Positions 15,754 through 26,494 of a DNA stretch of 64,000 nucleotides are shown piece after piece. Made by a program: the position numbers and the translations under genes. This DNA is from Patescibacteria group bacterium (GTDB lineage: Bacteria > Patescibacteriota > Minisyncoccia > Moranbacterales > DUUL01). The notes under the pieces are model-generated. The model made no database searches, was not told where the DNA came from, and saw only the letters and a list, made by a program, of their open reading frames with translations. The stretch lies in assembly GCA_034660175.1 (NCBI GenBank), contig JAYEIQ010000009.1:9726-73725 (forward strand), given 5' to 3'. Every line of letters begins with the position of its first letter. Within the stretch, counting starts at the first letter, position 1.

Positions 15754-17234
15754 CCATTTATGATCTTCAGCGCGCTGTCAATTCTTTTTAGGGCTTCGTC
15801 TTTTCCGATAGCCCAAGCTATTTCAAAGGGAGAAGGGCTGTTTTTTTGTCCAGACAAAGAGACTCGAAGTGGCCAAAGCAGTTCCCCTTTCTTGTCTTTT
15901 GCAGCATCAAAAAGCTGCTGATGCAAGTTTTCGATGTCGAATTGTTTCTCCTCTATTGATGAGATAACTTCTTCTGATTTAAGCAAAGATCTTTTGAGTT
16001 CTTGGTCTGTCATTTCTTTCCAGCGAAGCATCTCTTTCTCAGGAATTGGAGATGTGAAATAAAAGTCGATGTTTTGAGTTATTTCATTTATTGTTTTTAT
16101 TCTATCTTTTTCGATATTCACAATCTTTTTCAACAAGCTCTCCGTGTGATCGACGTTCTTCTTTGCAAGATATTTTTCAAAAAAAGGAAGGCACAACTGA
16201 AGCAGTTCGTCGTCATTTTTTTGTTTGATATAATGTGCGTTCATCCAACCCAATTTTTTGTAGTCAAACACTGCTCCTGCTTTGTGAAGTCCTTTTTCAT
16301 CAAATATCTTTTCAAGTTCTTTGAGAGTGAAGTGCTCTTGTCCGTTTTTTGGATTCCATCCCAAAAGAGAAATGAAGTTAACTAGGGCTTCTGGAAGATA
16401 GCCACTTTCGATAAAGTCATAAACTCCGATATCCCCTTGTCTTTTTGAAAGCTTTTTCTTGTTTTCGCCAAGAACATTTGGAACGTGGACAAAAGCCGGA
16501 GGACTCCAAGAAAAAAATTCGTACAATAAAACATGTTTAGGAGTGCTCGGAAGCCACTCCTCCCCGCGAACAATATGTGAAATTTTCATGTGGTGATCAT
16601 CAACTACAACTGCAAGGTGATATGTCGGAAAACCGTCAGACTTGATGATTACTTGGTCGTCAATCGTCGAACTTTTAACTGAAATTTCTCCATATACCTG
16701 ATCTTCAAATTTAATTATTTTGTCTGTTGGGACATTCATTCTGAGAACGTATTTTTCTCCTGCGTCAACTTTTTGTTTAACCTCCTGCTTTGAAAGTGAT
16801 AAACATTTCTTGTCATACATTGGAGGTTGACCATTTTTTTGTTGATTCTTGCGAAGCTCTTGGAGTCTTTCTGTTGAGCAAAAACAATGATAGGCGTGGC
16901 CAGAATCAAGAAGTTTCTTTGCATGATTTTGATACAAATCTAATCTTTTGGATTGAAAATATGGTCCAAGTTCACCTTTTTCTTTGACACTTCCATCTTT
17001 GTCAATATAAACTCCTTCGTCGGGATTTATTCCTGCCCAACTTAAGGCACCAATTATTTTTTCCAAAGATCCTTCAACCAATCTTTTTTGATCAGTATTT
17101 TCAACTCGCAAAACAAAATCACCGTTTTTACTTTTTGCCAAAAGATAGGCATAAAGTGCTGTTCTAAGATTGCCAATATGCACAAAGCCTGTTGGAGATG
17201 GCGCAAATCTTGTTCTAGTTCTCTTGTTCTTCAT
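15750..17234 (-). CDS. gltX: Glutamate-tRNA ligase
   Basis: RFAPSPTG.HIGN, YHCFCS, DGFPTYH, RGEEW and KLSKR. Confidence 0.97.
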   Translation of the reverse strand: MKNKRTRTRFAPSPTGFVHIGNLRTALYAYLLAKSKNGDFVLRVENTDQKRLVEGSLEKIIGALSWAGINPDEGVYIDKDGSVKEKGELGPYFQSKRLDLYQNHAKKLLDSGHAYHCFCSTERLQELRKNQQKNGQPPMYDKKCLSLSKQEVKQKVDAGEKYVLRMNVPTDKIIKFEDQVYGEISVKSSTIDDQVIIKSDGFPTYHLAVVVDDHHMKISHIVRGEEWLPSTPKHVLLYEFFSWSPPAFVHVPNVLGENKKKLSKRQGDIGVYDFIESGYLPEALVNFISLLGWNPKNGQEHFTLKELEKIFDEKGLHKAGAVFDYKKLGWMNAHYIKQKNDDELLQLCLPFFEKYLAKKNVDHTESLLKKIVNIEKDRIKTINEITQNIDFYFTSPIPEKEMLRWKEMTDQELKRSLLKSEEVISSIEEKQFDIENLHQQLFDAAKDKKGELLWPLRVSLSGQKNSPSPFEIAWAIGKDEALKRIDSALKIING

Positions 17235-17247
17235 CTGGAAGAGTGGT

Positions 17248-17772
17248 TTATTGAATTATGTTATTTTGTTTTAACAGATCAATGGCTAGCAGTGTTACTC
17301 TTTTTTTACCTTTTTGATAGATAGAATCAGCAAGCTCAATTGCTTCTTTGTGAGAAAGAAGTTTGAAAGTATCAAAGTCAGATTCTTCAATTGCTAGTTT
17401 GTCAGCAGCAGTTTGAATGCTAATAAAGTAATACCATTTCCCTCTCATTTCTATTTCTTGACCATCATCCATTTTTAATTCGCGACTGCCACGGTGCTCA
17501 GGTGGAAATTTTACAGAATTGCTACCCATGAGTGTGTAGCTTTTTATAGCAAAGCTGAAAAAATTCTTTCCAAGTTCTTCAGTCATTTCTCTTTCCACTG
17601 CCTGTTCGATTGTTTCTTTGTTTTCGATGCCACCTTGCGGAAGTTGCCAAAGGTCATATTTCTCTTCATGAAACATGAAGATTTTCTTTGCGTGGACAAA
17701 ACAACCAACAACTTGAGGACGAAAACCGTCAACTCTTGTGCTGTCAATTTGAGTTAGTGATGGTGCGATCAT
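17248..17772 (-). CDS. NUDIX hydrolase
   Basis: Nudix box WQLPQGGIENKETIEQAVEREMTEELG. Confidence 0.88.
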   Translation of the reverse strand: MIAPSLTQIDSTRVDGFRPQVVGCFVHAKKIFMFHEEKYDLWQLPQGGIENKETIEQAVEREMTEELGKNFFSFAIKSYTLMGSNSVKFPPEHRGSRELKMDDGQEIEMRGKWYYFISIQTAADKLAIEESDFDTFKLLSHKEAIELADSIYQKGKKRVTLLAIDLLKQNNIIQ

Positions 17773-17785
17773 TATTCTTTTATAA

Positions 17786-18490
17786 TTATGATGTTAATGC
17801 TTTCCAAAGAAAGACTACTGTTGCGTTCCAAGTCCTGCATGCTCTGTTCGGTTGAATAATCAATCTCCACAACCATTCTATGCCAGTCTTGCTGATGAAT
17901 TTTGGTGCCCTCTTTTTTTTGTTGGTCCAATAATCAAATGTTCCGCCAATACCAATTGCTATTTTCAGTTTCGGCAAATGATCTTTTATGTTCCAGATGT
18001 ACTCTTCTTGATGAGGTGTGCCGAGTCCAACGAAAAGTATTTCAGATTTTGCTAATTTTTCAACGTCTTTTTTTATTTGGGTGTTGTTTGCGTCTCTTGA
18101 AATGATGACCAGGTTTGAACATTTTTTGAGAGCAATTTGTAGATCTTCTTTATTGCTAAATCCGCCTGCTCGAATTATAGCGCCGATTGACATTTTTTTT
18201 TCATTTGCTTTGATTAAAATGTGTTTTGCTAAATCCGCGCCTGCAATTCTTTGTCCAACCGAATTTCCTTTTAAAAGTGAAACTATTTTTATTCCAATGC
18301 TGTCGACAATTCTCAAATCTGTGTTGTTCAAGATTTCTTTGTATTGAGAATCCTTGTCAGCCTCAAGGAGAATTTCGTTGTTTAATGTTGAAATGAATAA
18401 TTCGTTCTCTTGACCTTGCAGAGCGTTTTCAATTCGAGCAAAAACATCGTCTTTTGTTTCTTTCCCAATTGAAACTCCGAAGATCTTCAT
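17786..18490 (-). CDS. WecB/TagA/CpsF family glycosyltransferase (GT26)
   Basis: TLNNE, LFVGLGTPHQE, GIGGTFD and KRAP....GIEWLWRL..QPNR. Confidence 0.92.
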   Translation of the reverse strand: MKIFGVSIGKETKDDVFARIENALQGQENELFISTLNNEILLEADKDSQYKEILNNTDLRIVDSIGIKIVSLLKGNSVGQRIAGADLAKHILIKANEKKMSIGAIIRAGGFSNKEDLQIALKKCSNLVIISRDANNTQIKKDVEKLAKSEILFVGLGTPHQEEYIWNIKDHLPKLKIAIGIGGTFDYWTNKKKRAPKFISKTGIEWLWRLIIQPNRACRTWNATVVFLWKALTS

Positions 18491-18492
18491 TT

Positions 18493-19527
18493 TTATTGGG
18501 TGTTATTGTTGACCAAATCTTTCATGAAAATTCCTATTGCTGTTGCTAGAGGAACTGCAATGATAATTCCAATCACTCCTGCGAGTTTGCTACCAACGAG
18601 TAGTGCCAAGATCACAACGACAGGATTGAGTCCGACTGCCTTTCTCATGATAAGTGGAGTAAAGACATGATTCTCAAGCTGTTGGATCAGAATATAGACC
18701 ACAACGACTAAAATACCTGTCAATGGAGAGACTGTCAGTCCAACAAGTACTGCTGGAACAATCGCTATTGTTGGTCCGATATATGGAACTATCTCAAAAA
18801 TTCCACCAATAACAGCTAACATCAAGGCAAACGGGACATCCAACAAGTGCAGAGCCAGATAGTCTAAACATGCAATCAAAATGATCAGAGTGAATTGACC
18901 AATCAGCCATCTGCCTATCTTAGCTTGAATTCTGGTAACTAAATTAATTGCGTATACTTGATGCTTTGTTGGAACTATAGTTTGCAAAAATCCTTTGATT
19001 CCATCTTTTTTGACTAACATATAGAAAGATAGAGATATCACGACAATAACTTTGAAGAATCCACCAAGGAATCCAAGGGTGTTTGAAAAGGCGCTAGTGA
19101 TTGTATCTGCGATCTTACTAGTGCTGTTATCGATGATGGAATTAAGATTTTCTTCCAGTTTGTATGTTGATGCAATCTCTGTGATGTTTCTAATGAACTG
19201 ATCGAGACCTTGGAGATAAATTGGGAGATTTTCACCAAGCTTCTTGAGGTCAACTAGAAGAATTGGAATAAGGAAATACAAAACAAGCCCGATAACAAAA
19301 AGGATAAATAAATATATTGTTACTGCGCTGATTGTTCTAGGGATTTTTTTCTTTTCGAGTTTGTCAACAATAGGCTGTGCTGCGCTGACAACCACAATAG
19401 CAAAGAATAACAAAAAAAGCGTTTCACGAATGAGAAACAAAAACCAAACAAACAAAACAACCAAAACAACACGCCAGATTGTTCCAGCTGAAATGTCCAG
19501 TGTTTTTCTTCTGAGATCTTTCATCAT
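18493..19527 (-). CDS. AI-2E family transporter
   Basis: Multi-TM; VPYIGP and QQLENHVFTPLIMRKAVGLNP. Confidence 0.9.
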   Translation of the reverse strand: MMKDLRRKTLDISAGTIWRVVLVVLFVWFLFLIRETLFLLFFAIVVVSAAQPIVDKLEKKKIPRTISAVTIYLFILFVIGLVLYFLIPILLVDLKKLGENLPIYLQGLDQFIRNITEIASTYKLEENLNSIIDNSTSKIADTITSAFSNTLGFLGGFFKVIVVISLSFYMLVKKDGIKGFLQTIVPTKHQVYAINLVTRIQAKIGRWLIGQFTLIILIACLDYLALHLLDVPFALMLAVIGGIFEIVPYIGPTIAIVPAVLVGLTVSPLTGILVVVVYILIQQLENHVFTPLIMRKAVGLNPVVVILALLVGSKLAGVIGIIIAVPLATAIGIFMKDLVNNNTQ

Positions 19528-19535
19528 ACAGTTTT

Positions 19536-20807
19536 TTATACTTTCAAAACTTTTCTCAATTTCCCATTATCTTTGTGTGGTCCGATGATAGCCAAATTTA
19601 GATGATTATTTTTGATTATTTTTTTTGCCACTTTCATGATGTCTGAAGCTGTGATTTTCTCAATTTTCTCAAAAATTTCCTCATGTGACTCAATCTTTTT
19701 TTGAAACAATTCCTGATCACCAAAAAATGAAGTAACTGAAGTGGTTGATTCAAGCGACATCAATGTTTTACCTTTCAGATATTCTTTGGCTTTCGAGAGT
19801 TCTTTTTTTGTTACAGGTTTTTGAGTAATTTTTTTTAACTCTTTCAAAATAAGACGAGTTGCTTTGTGAAGATTCTTGTGTTCAACTCCTGCTGCAACAA
19901 AGAGATATCCTGTATCTGTTGTCATGTCAGTTCCGGCATTGATATAGTATGTTAGACCATATCGTTCTCTGATGTTGATGAAGGTTCTACTGCTCATTCC
20001 TCCACCCAATAAAGTTCCAAGAAGAACTGTTGCATGACGATCGGGACTGAACATATTTGGTCCACGAAATCCCAAAAGCAAGTGAGTTTGATCTGTTTTC
20101 TTTTCATGTATTCTCAGGGCTGGAACAGATTGATTTTCGATAACTTTCTTCTTTGTTTTCTTTCTAGAGGAGTTTTTTCTTGCTTTAAAAAATGTTTCTA
20201 TCAAATTTAAAGCCTTTTTTTCATCGAAATTTCCTGCTATTGAAATCACGGTAGATTTTGGAAGATACATTTTCTTCATATAACTGGCAAAGTCTTCCCT
20301 CTTAAGTTTTTTAATGTTTTTTTCAGTTCCAATAATATTCCATCCTGCTGGTTGATTGCCATAAAGAAGGCTCTCAAAAATATCCCACACAAAGCGCATT
20401 GGTGTGTCGCGAGACATTGCTGCTTCTTGCAAGATCACTCCTCTTTCCGTATCTATTTCTTTTTGATGCAAGAGTGGATTGAGATAGAGATCGCTCACCA
20501 CCTCAAGTGCCATTTCAAAATGTTTTGTTGGGACTTTAACCCAATACCCTGTTTGTTCTTTGCCTGTGAATGCGTTGTATTCTCCACCAACACTATCAAA
20601 AGTTTCTGCAATGATCTTTGTTGTGGGGCGCTTTTTTGTTCCCTTAAACATCATGTGTTCCAAAAAATGAGAAACCCCATTATTTGAGCGGTTTTCATAT
20701 TTTGATCCAGCCTCAACCAGAATTTCGATTGCAACGGTTTGTGTGTTTTTCATGGGAGTAAGCACAACGCGTAGTCCATTTTTCAGAATATGTTTGGAAA
20801 AATTCAT
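19536..20807 (-). CDS. M16 family zinc peptidase
   Basis: GVSHFLEHMMFKGT (HxxEH), NAFT and LGGGMSSR. Confidence 0.93.
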   Translation of the reverse strand: MNFSKHILKNGLRVVLTPMKNTQTVAIEILVEAGSKYENRSNNGVSHFLEHMMFKGTKKRPTTKIIAETFDSVGGEYNAFTGKEQTGYWVKVPTKHFEMALEVVSDLYLNPLLHQKEIDTERGVILQEAAMSRDTPMRFVWDIFESLLYGNQPAGWNIIGTEKNIKKLKREDFASYMKKMYLPKSTVISIAGNFDEKKALNLIETFFKARKNSSRKKTKKKVIENQSVPALRIHEKKTDQTHLLLGFRGPNMFSPDRHATVLLGTLLGGGMSSRTFINIRERYGLTYYINAGTDMTTDTGYLFVAAGVEHKNLHKATRLILKELKKITQKPVTKKELSKAKEYLKGKTLMSLESTTSVTSFFGDQELFQKKIESHEEIFEKIEKITASDIMKVAKKIIKNNHLNLAIIGPHKDNGKLRKVLKV

Positions 20808-20808
20808 A

Positions 20809-21771
20809 TTATCTTTTTTTGTTATTTTTTTTAATTCTGGGAACTCTAATAAGACCGGAAAATGCAGTTACTTTTAATCCTTTCTTCTCAAGTTCATCAA
20901 GAAAAAGGTTCATTCCAATTGAGTCAGAGGAGATGTGGCCAGCAATGATCACATTGATGTGTGCTTTGTCGGCTGCTTTGCGATGCTGTTCACTTTGATG
21001 CATACCTACAACAGTTCCAACTCCACTATTTGAAAGAGCTTCATATAGATCTGGGGATCCTTCTGCTCCTCCTGTAATTTCTGAAGCGACAACTTTACCA
21101 CAACGATTTTTTGGATTTCCAGTGAAGAGCTTTGGTCCAACTCCCTGTTTTTTTGCTTCTTGGTATTCTTCAATTTCATGAAGCATCTTCAAGACATCAC
21201 CAACGTATTTTGGTTTGAGTTTCGCAATTTTGTCTGTCAGGAATTTTGCGACCATATTGTCGGCGGGAGTATGAATATTGATGAGATTGATGTTCAATAG
21301 TCTTGCTGCGTCAATTGTGATTTGGTGATTTCCCGGATTGATTCCTCGAGAAACTTCAGAGATTCTTTTGTGAAGCAATTTTTCTGCAATTGTAACAGGT
21401 ACACCAATACTCTCCATATAATCAATTTGCATCTCCATTACATCATCTAGATTGGCTAGCGCAGACCCTATTGGGTGGTGGTTGATCACCAAGTCAAAAT
21501 CGAGTTCTTTGGCCAAAAGCAGACCACCCATGGTGATGTCAATTCCTGCAAGAACTTTTTTTATTGTTTTCTTTCCATTATCAAAATGGATTCTTGAGTC
21601 CGAATAGGGGTTGATTAGTTTTTCTTTGTCGAAACAATCTTTTTCGATTCCTTTCAACTCTTTGAATTCTTCTTTCTTCTTTTTCAGATACTCATCAATC
21701 TCTTTTTTAGATCGAAAATCGTTTTCGATTCCCAGCTTGATGCCTAGATCAAAAATTTGCCTTACTGTCAT
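20809..21771 (-). CDS. NIF3-like (Nif3/YqfO family) metal-binding protein
   Basis: NPYSDSRI, HHP, HTPADN and IAGHISSDSIGMN. Confidence 0.85.
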   Translation of the reverse strand: MTVRQIFDLGIKLGIENDFRSKKEIDEYLKKKKEEFKELKGIEKDCFDKEKLINPYSDSRIHFDNGKKTIKKVLAGIDITMGGLLLAKELDFDLVINHHPIGSALANLDDVMEMQIDYMESIGVPVTIAEKLLHKRISEVSRGINPGNHQITIDAARLLNINLINIHTPADNMVAKFLTDKIAKLKPKYVGDVLKMLHEIEEYQEAKKQGVGPKLFTGNPKNRCGKVVASEITGGAEGSPDLYEALSNSGVGTVVGMHQSEQHRKAADKAHINVIIAGHISSDSIGMNLFLDELEKKGLKVTAFSGLIRVPRIKKNNKKR

Positions 21772-21829
21772 TCTTTTTTGAGAATTATTATCTTCTTATG
21801 TTAGCAATGATTTTAGTCAAACACAACCT

Positions 21830-22690
21830 TTATTTTACTGTTTCCAACCATTCTTTGAGAGCTTCTTCATAGTGACGAAATTGAGGAAATTTTGTGTTGA
21901 GTAAAACAGTAGATCTTGCTCTTTTGGCTGGTCGAGGAAATTCATCTTGACTGACTGGAATTATCTTTATCTTCTTGTTGTTGACTAATTCAAAGAGTTT
22001 TCTTGCTCCTTCAAACCAAGTGACAGCCCCTTTGTTCACAAGATGATATATTCCATATTCATATTTTTTCTCAACTAAATCTTTAGTTGCGGCAACAAGA
22101 TCTGGAACATAGGTGAAGCATGATCGTTCATCATCAACTATTTTTAACTCATCTCTGTCTTGTGACAAATCCAGCATTGTTGAGAAAAAACTTTTCTTTG
22201 CGTTTGGAGATGTACCTGATTTACCAAAAAGCTTCGAAATTCTAACCAAATAATACTTTCCGCCTATTTCTTGTACATTTTTTTCACCCAATGCTTTTGA
22301 GAAGCCATAATTTGAGATTGGGTTTGGTTTTTCATCTTCTGTATATTCCCCTTTTTTACCATCGAAAAGATAGTCGGTGACATATTGCACAAAAACAGCA
22401 TCACAGTTTTTCGCGGCTTGAGCTAGCATCCCTGGCACTTCCCCGTTAAGTCTTTTTGCCATTTCAAATTCTTCCTTATTTTCCGCTCCATCAACATCAT
22501 TAAATGCTATGGCGTTGATCATGATTTCCGGCTGTTCTTTTTCGATGAAACCAAAGACGTCTCTTTTTTTAGTTATATCCAGTTCTTCTTTGTCTAGTTT
22601 GAAAACCTGGTATTGATCATCAGCGGAAAATGTTTTTACAAGTTCACTGCCCAACATTCCCTTTGCTCCAAAAACAATAATTTTTTTCAT
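21830..22690 (-). CDS. rfbD: dTDP-4-dehydrorhamnose reductase
   Basis: GAKGMLG, TDYLFDG, YGFSK and FPRPAKR. Confidence 0.92.
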   Translation of the reverse strand: MKKIIVFGAKGMLGSELVKTFSADDQYQVFKLDKEELDITKKRDVFGFIEKEQPEIMINAIAFNDVDGAENKEEFEMAKRLNGEVPGMLAQAAKNCDAVFVQYVTDYLFDGKKGEYTEDEKPNPISNYGFSKALGEKNVQEIGGKYYLVRISKLFGKSGTSPNAKKSFFSTMLDLSQDRDELKIVDDERSCFTYVPDLVAATKDLVEKKYEYGIYHLVNKGAVTWFEGARKLFELVNNKKIKIIPVSQDEFPRPAKRARSTVLLNTKFPQFRHYEEALKEWLETVK

Positions 22691-22694
22691 GTGT

Positions 22695-23504
22695 TTATTT
22701 TCTAATTATAGTTCTTCTGAGTGCCTTAATTATCCAGTAAGCTGGTTTTGTCGAGTTTTTTTTGAAGAACTTTTCCATGGAATCATAGTAGTGCTTTTTT
22801 TGCAGTTGTTTGTCGGTGTAGCTTCCTCCACTGCTATGAAAAATTTTAAAATCAGGAAAAAGGATAACCTTTTTCCCTTTTTGTCTTGCTCTGTGGCACA
22901 AATCCATGTCTTCGAAATACATAAAATAGTTCTCGTCGAATCCTTCAAGCTCATCAAAGAGATCTTTTCTGATAAACATAGTTGTGCCCGCCACCCAATC
23001 ACAACTAACTTTTTCCTTGCTGTTCCATATGTTCTTGCTACGACTGATCCCAAGATTGTTTCTGATCAGGTCATAGAGGGATGCTTCTTTACCTGCGCTC
23101 CATTCTTGTTTTTTGCCTTTTTGCTTGATAATTCCTCCTCCAACAATTCCCAGGTTAGCTTCATGTGAAAATTCGCTCAAAACATTGTGAATGTTGTCAG
23201 TAAGGATCTCTGTATCTGGATTAAGAATGAGTAAAGTTTGACCAGAGGCTTTTTTTGCACCCATGTTGATGGCACGACCAAATCCAACATTTTTTCCATG
23301 ATCAATAATGTTCACTTTAGAAAAATCGAGTGAAAGACTATTTATGTCTATCTCCTTATCATTGTTGATGATAATTATTTCCCACGAATCAAGGTGAGAC
23401 AATTGTTTGCAAGCAGAGTCAATGCAGCGCTTGAGCTTATCGGTGTCGTTAAAAGCTACCACTAGCACGGAAAGTTGTTTAGTCAGTTCTTTTTGGTCAG
23501 GCAT
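22695..23504 (-). CDS. GT2 glycosyltransferase, rhamnosyltransferase-like
   Basis: NVGFG..IN.G, LNPD and FDENYFMYFEDMD. Confidence 0.9.
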   Translation of the reverse strand: MPDQKELTKQLSVLVVAFNDTDKLKRCIDSACKQLSHLDSWEIIIINNDKEIDINSLSLDFSKVNIIDHGKNVGFGRAINMGAKKASGQTLLILNPDTEILTDNIHNVLSEFSHEANLGIVGGGIIKQKGKKQEWSAGKEASLYDLIRNNLGISRSKNIWNSKEKVSCDWVAGTTMFIRKDLFDELEGFDENYFMYFEDMDLCHRARQKGKKVILFPDFKIFHSSGGSYTDKQLQKKHYYDSMEKFFKKNSTKPAYWIIKALRRTIIRK

Positions 23505-24369
23505 TTTTGAAGTCTTTAAAAGCTCTGCGAACCGATTCTGTGAAGTTTCCTCTATTAAGTTTGCGGTTCAGAAAATTGTTTAGTTTTCTTAATTTTATAT
23601 ACAACCAGATCCATGGACGAAATTGCCAAGGACAGTTTCTGTCAAAAAAAATAAGTGCGGATAAAACTAACCAGTAAACCTTGTTTTCGTTAACATTTTC
23701 GCTTTGTTCAAGATGATAAATAATGCTCTTTGGACACACAGTCAATTTGAAACCAGCCGATTGAACCTTCTGACAAAAATCTGCGTCCTCCCAATACAGA
23801 AAATATTTTTCACAAAGCAATCCAACTTTATCTAATACCTTTCTTGGTATGAGCATTGCACATCCTGATATGAAGTCTGAATTGTAAGGCTTTTGTGAGA
23901 TTGTCTTTGTCTCATGAGCAGTCTTCATCCTTAGCCAGTCAATCTTTCCTCTGGAAAACCAGACTTTCTTCATGTCTGGACCGTAAATTAACGGGCAAAC
24001 AATTCCTGTCCTGGGTTCTTTCTGGACCGTTTCGACAAGTTTTGTCAGAAAATCTGTCTCGACAATGGTGTCGTTATTCAGAAGGAGAATGAAATCGGCA
24101 TCATTACTGAGCGCATGTCTGATCCCAACATTATTGCCTGCTGAAAAACCAAGATTGGTTTTGTTTTTTAAGAAAGTTATTTGTGGGAACAGCCTCTTTG
24201 CTTTTTGTAGTGAGCCATCCTGCGAGTCATTGTCCACTAATACTATTTGAAAGTTTGAATAATCAATTTTATCAAGGCTTTTCAAACATTTTTCAAGAAC
24301 GTCTTTTCCGTTGAAATTGACGATCACAATCGAGACTTTTGGAGTGTTTTTCGTTGCTGGTTGTCTCAT
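23497..24369 (-). CDS. GT2 glycosyltransferase, rhamnosyltransferase-like
   Basis: VDNDSQDGS, NLGFSAGNN, LLNND and YFLYWEDAD. Confidence 0.9.
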   Translation of the reverse strand: MRQPATKNTPKVSIVIVNFNGKDVLEKCLKSLDKIDYSNFQIVLVDNDSQDGSLQKAKRLFPQITFLKNKTNLGFSAGNNVGIRHALSNDADFILLLNNDTIVETDFLTKLVETVQKEPRTGIVCPLIYGPDMKKVWFSRGKIDWLRMKTAHETKTISQKPYNSDFISGCAMLIPRKVLDKVGLLCEKYFLYWEDADFCQKVQSAGFKLTVCPKSIIYHLEQSENVNENKVYWLVLSALIFFDRNCPWQFRPWIWLYIKLRKLNNFLNRKLNRGNFTESVRRAFKDFKNA

Positions 24370-25541
24370 AGTTTACTTCGAAGATATTCGTAATATTCTA
24401 AATTGTTACTGTTTTTATTAGAATATTTTTTCAATACTTTTTCTTGCGCTTTCTTTCCAATTTGCTGTCTCAGTTTTCTGTTTTCTATCAAGTTGCTTAT
24501 TTTTTCAATCCACTCATCTGTTGTTGCAGCCAAAAATCCATCAACTCCATCATCAATTGCTTCAGAGAATGTTCGATTGTTCACTGCTATGGTTGGGATT
24601 GCTAATGCTCCAGCTTCAGTGAACTTGATAGCTGACTTGGATTGGCAAAAAGGATTTTCTTGCTCAAGTGGTGCCAAATTGATGTCCATTTCTGAAAGTT
24701 TTGTGAAGAATTCTTTGCGTGGTGAGAATGGAATGAGTTCAACTTGATCTTTAAGCTCGGTGAGCTCACTTGGAATGTCCAATGGTCCCATGAAAATATA
24801 TCGAACATTTTTGTGCTTTTTTGCGACTAGCAAAAGGGCGTCTTTAATAGTTGCAAAATCCTTGTTGTGAGAAATTGTTCCACTGGCATAAACTATTCTT
24901 ACCACACCATCATCACTTTTTCGCTTATTTGAAAGTTCTTGCGTAAACTTTAGTTCGGCGTTGGAAAATTTATTTGGAACAACAAACACGTTTTTCCCTT
25001 CCTTTTTCAGAAGTTGTGCCAAAAAAGATGTGATTGTTGTGCATGTTTTCACATATGGATCTCTCACTATCTCTGTTCCAATTCCCTTTTTGTATGGTTC
25101 TTGTTCGGAGGGACTCATTTCTTGAAAATAATCCATGAAAGGAGAGAATTTTGGATCATAAACTAGATCGTCAGTGTCAAATATAATTTCTTTCTTATTC
25201 TTTTTTATTTCCCGAATCATCTTTTCAACCTTGTCATTGAAAATGGTTCTGTGAAAAATAAAAATTTTATATTTTTTTGCAAGTCCAACAAGAAAAGGAT
25301 TGTCAGAGATCGTGACAGAAGCCTTAAATCCATGTTCACGCAACTCTTCAGCAACATTGTGAGTGCGATAGAGAGCACTGTCACCCACTCCTCCAGTGAT
25401 GAAAAGTACTTCTCCGTCTTGGACACAAAGTAACTTTGCAAAAACAAAAAGTCGAGCAGTAATAATTTTGAGACCTCTCCAAAAACCGCTTCTTATCCAA
25501 AGTGTTTTTGTTTTGCTGAGTTTGATTATGAGTGAGTCCAT
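24366..25541 (-). CDS. GT-B fold glycosyltransferase, GT4-like
   Basis: FDTDDL, SGTISHNKDF, DINLAPLE.NPFCQSKSAIKFTEAG and DGVDGFLA. Confidence 0.85.
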   Translation of the reverse strand: MDSLIIKLSKTKTLWIRSGFWRGLKIITARLFVFAKLLCVQDGEVLFITGGVGDSALYRTHNVAEELREHGFKASVTISDNPFLVGLAKKYKIFIFHRTIFNDKVEKMIREIKKNKKEIIFDTDDLVYDPKFSPFMDYFQEMSPSEQEPYKKGIGTEIVRDPYVKTCTTITSFLAQLLKKEGKNVFVVPNKFSNAELKFTQELSNKRKSDDGVVRIVYASGTISHNKDFATIKDALLLVAKKHKNVRYIFMGPLDIPSELTELKDQVELIPFSPRKEFFTKLSEMDINLAPLEQENPFCQSKSAIKFTEAGALAIPTIAVNNRTFSEAIDDGVDGFLAATTDEWIEKISNLIENRKLRQQIGKKAQEKVLKKYSNKNSNNLEYYEYLRSKL

Positions 25542-26389
25542 TGTTTGTATTTTTTATAAAACTTTTTCCTGGGATTTCCCTTGAAAATCCATTTAGCTCT
25601 GTATTTGATCGAGTCAATTACGTGTCTGCGAACAAATTTATTCTCAAAAAATTGTCCAATGCCTCCAGCGCTTAATCTTTTTCCATCAGCGTAGACTTTG
25701 GTGTCCGGATAATATACGACCTGATGTCCCATTTCCCAGGCGCGTGCGCTCATTTCAATGTCAGCCATGAACAAGAAATATCGTTCGTTAAAACCACCAA
25801 CATCATCCCAAAACTTTCGACAGATCATCACGCAAGAAGACTGTAGCCAGTCAACATCTTGAGTTTTGTCATAGTCAAGGTGTTGCATTTCGTCATATGC
25901 TACTTTCTTTTTGAGAAAAGGAAGGTTTCTCAAAAAAGTTCTTCTAGCAACTTGAACATAGAATTTTGGAAAAGCTCTAACGCTCATTGCCACTTCCCCG
26001 GTGTCATTGATTTGTTTTGGTCCGACAATTGCAACGTTTTCGTTTTTTTCCATAAAATCAACCATTTTCTGGATTGTATCTTTTTCCTTCAACAAAATAT
26101 CCGGATTGACTATCAAGATATAATCTCCCTTCTCTTTTCCTTTTATTTTGTTGTGACTTTGGGCGTAACCCAAGTTTTTTTCGCTGATAACAAGTTCAAG
26201 ATTTATTTGATTACCAATCTCTTTTAGGAGAATTGCATGTTGTTTTTCATCGCAGGACACGTCAATAACAAAAATATTGAACTTGAAAGATGTCTTTTGG
26301 AGACAAAGATTTCTAACATTTTCAACCACTCTTGATGCTTTGTAGTAATTGGATATTACAATGGTGAGTTTGTGACTTTTGTTTGTCAT
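25526..26389 (-). CDS. GT2 glycosyltransferase
   Basis: NLGYA, VNPD, VDW and GFNERYFLFMADIE; ATG 26389. Confidence 0.88.
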   Translation of the reverse strand: MTNKSHKLTIVISNYYKASRVVENVRNLCLQKTSFKFNIFVIDVSCDEKQHAILLKEIGNQINLELVISEKNLGYAQSHNKIKGKEKGDYILIVNPDILLKEKDTIQKMVDFMEKNENVAIVGPKQINDTGEVAMSVRAFPKFYVQVARRTFLRNLPFLKKKVAYDEMQHLDYDKTQDVDWLQSSCVMICRKFWDDVGGFNERYFLFMADIEMSARAWEMGHQVVYYPDTKVYADGKRLSAGGIGQFFENKFVRRHVIDSIKYRAKWIFKGNPRKKFYKKYKQWTHS

Positions 26390-26416
26390 AAAAATTCTTA
26401 CTGCTTTGAATCGTAG

Positions 26417-26483
26417 CATAAACAAGGCAAAAAATCCAACAGTTTCTTCGTGAGAATTGGTTGGATTTGTCGCCTTGTTTGTG
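26417..26483. other. Long imperfect intergenic stem-loop
   Basis: Nested pairs AAACAAGGC/GCCTTGTTT, AAATCCAAC/GTTGGATTT and an inner TTCT/AGAA stem. Confidence 0.7.
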
Positions 26484-26494
26484 TCAGATCGGCT

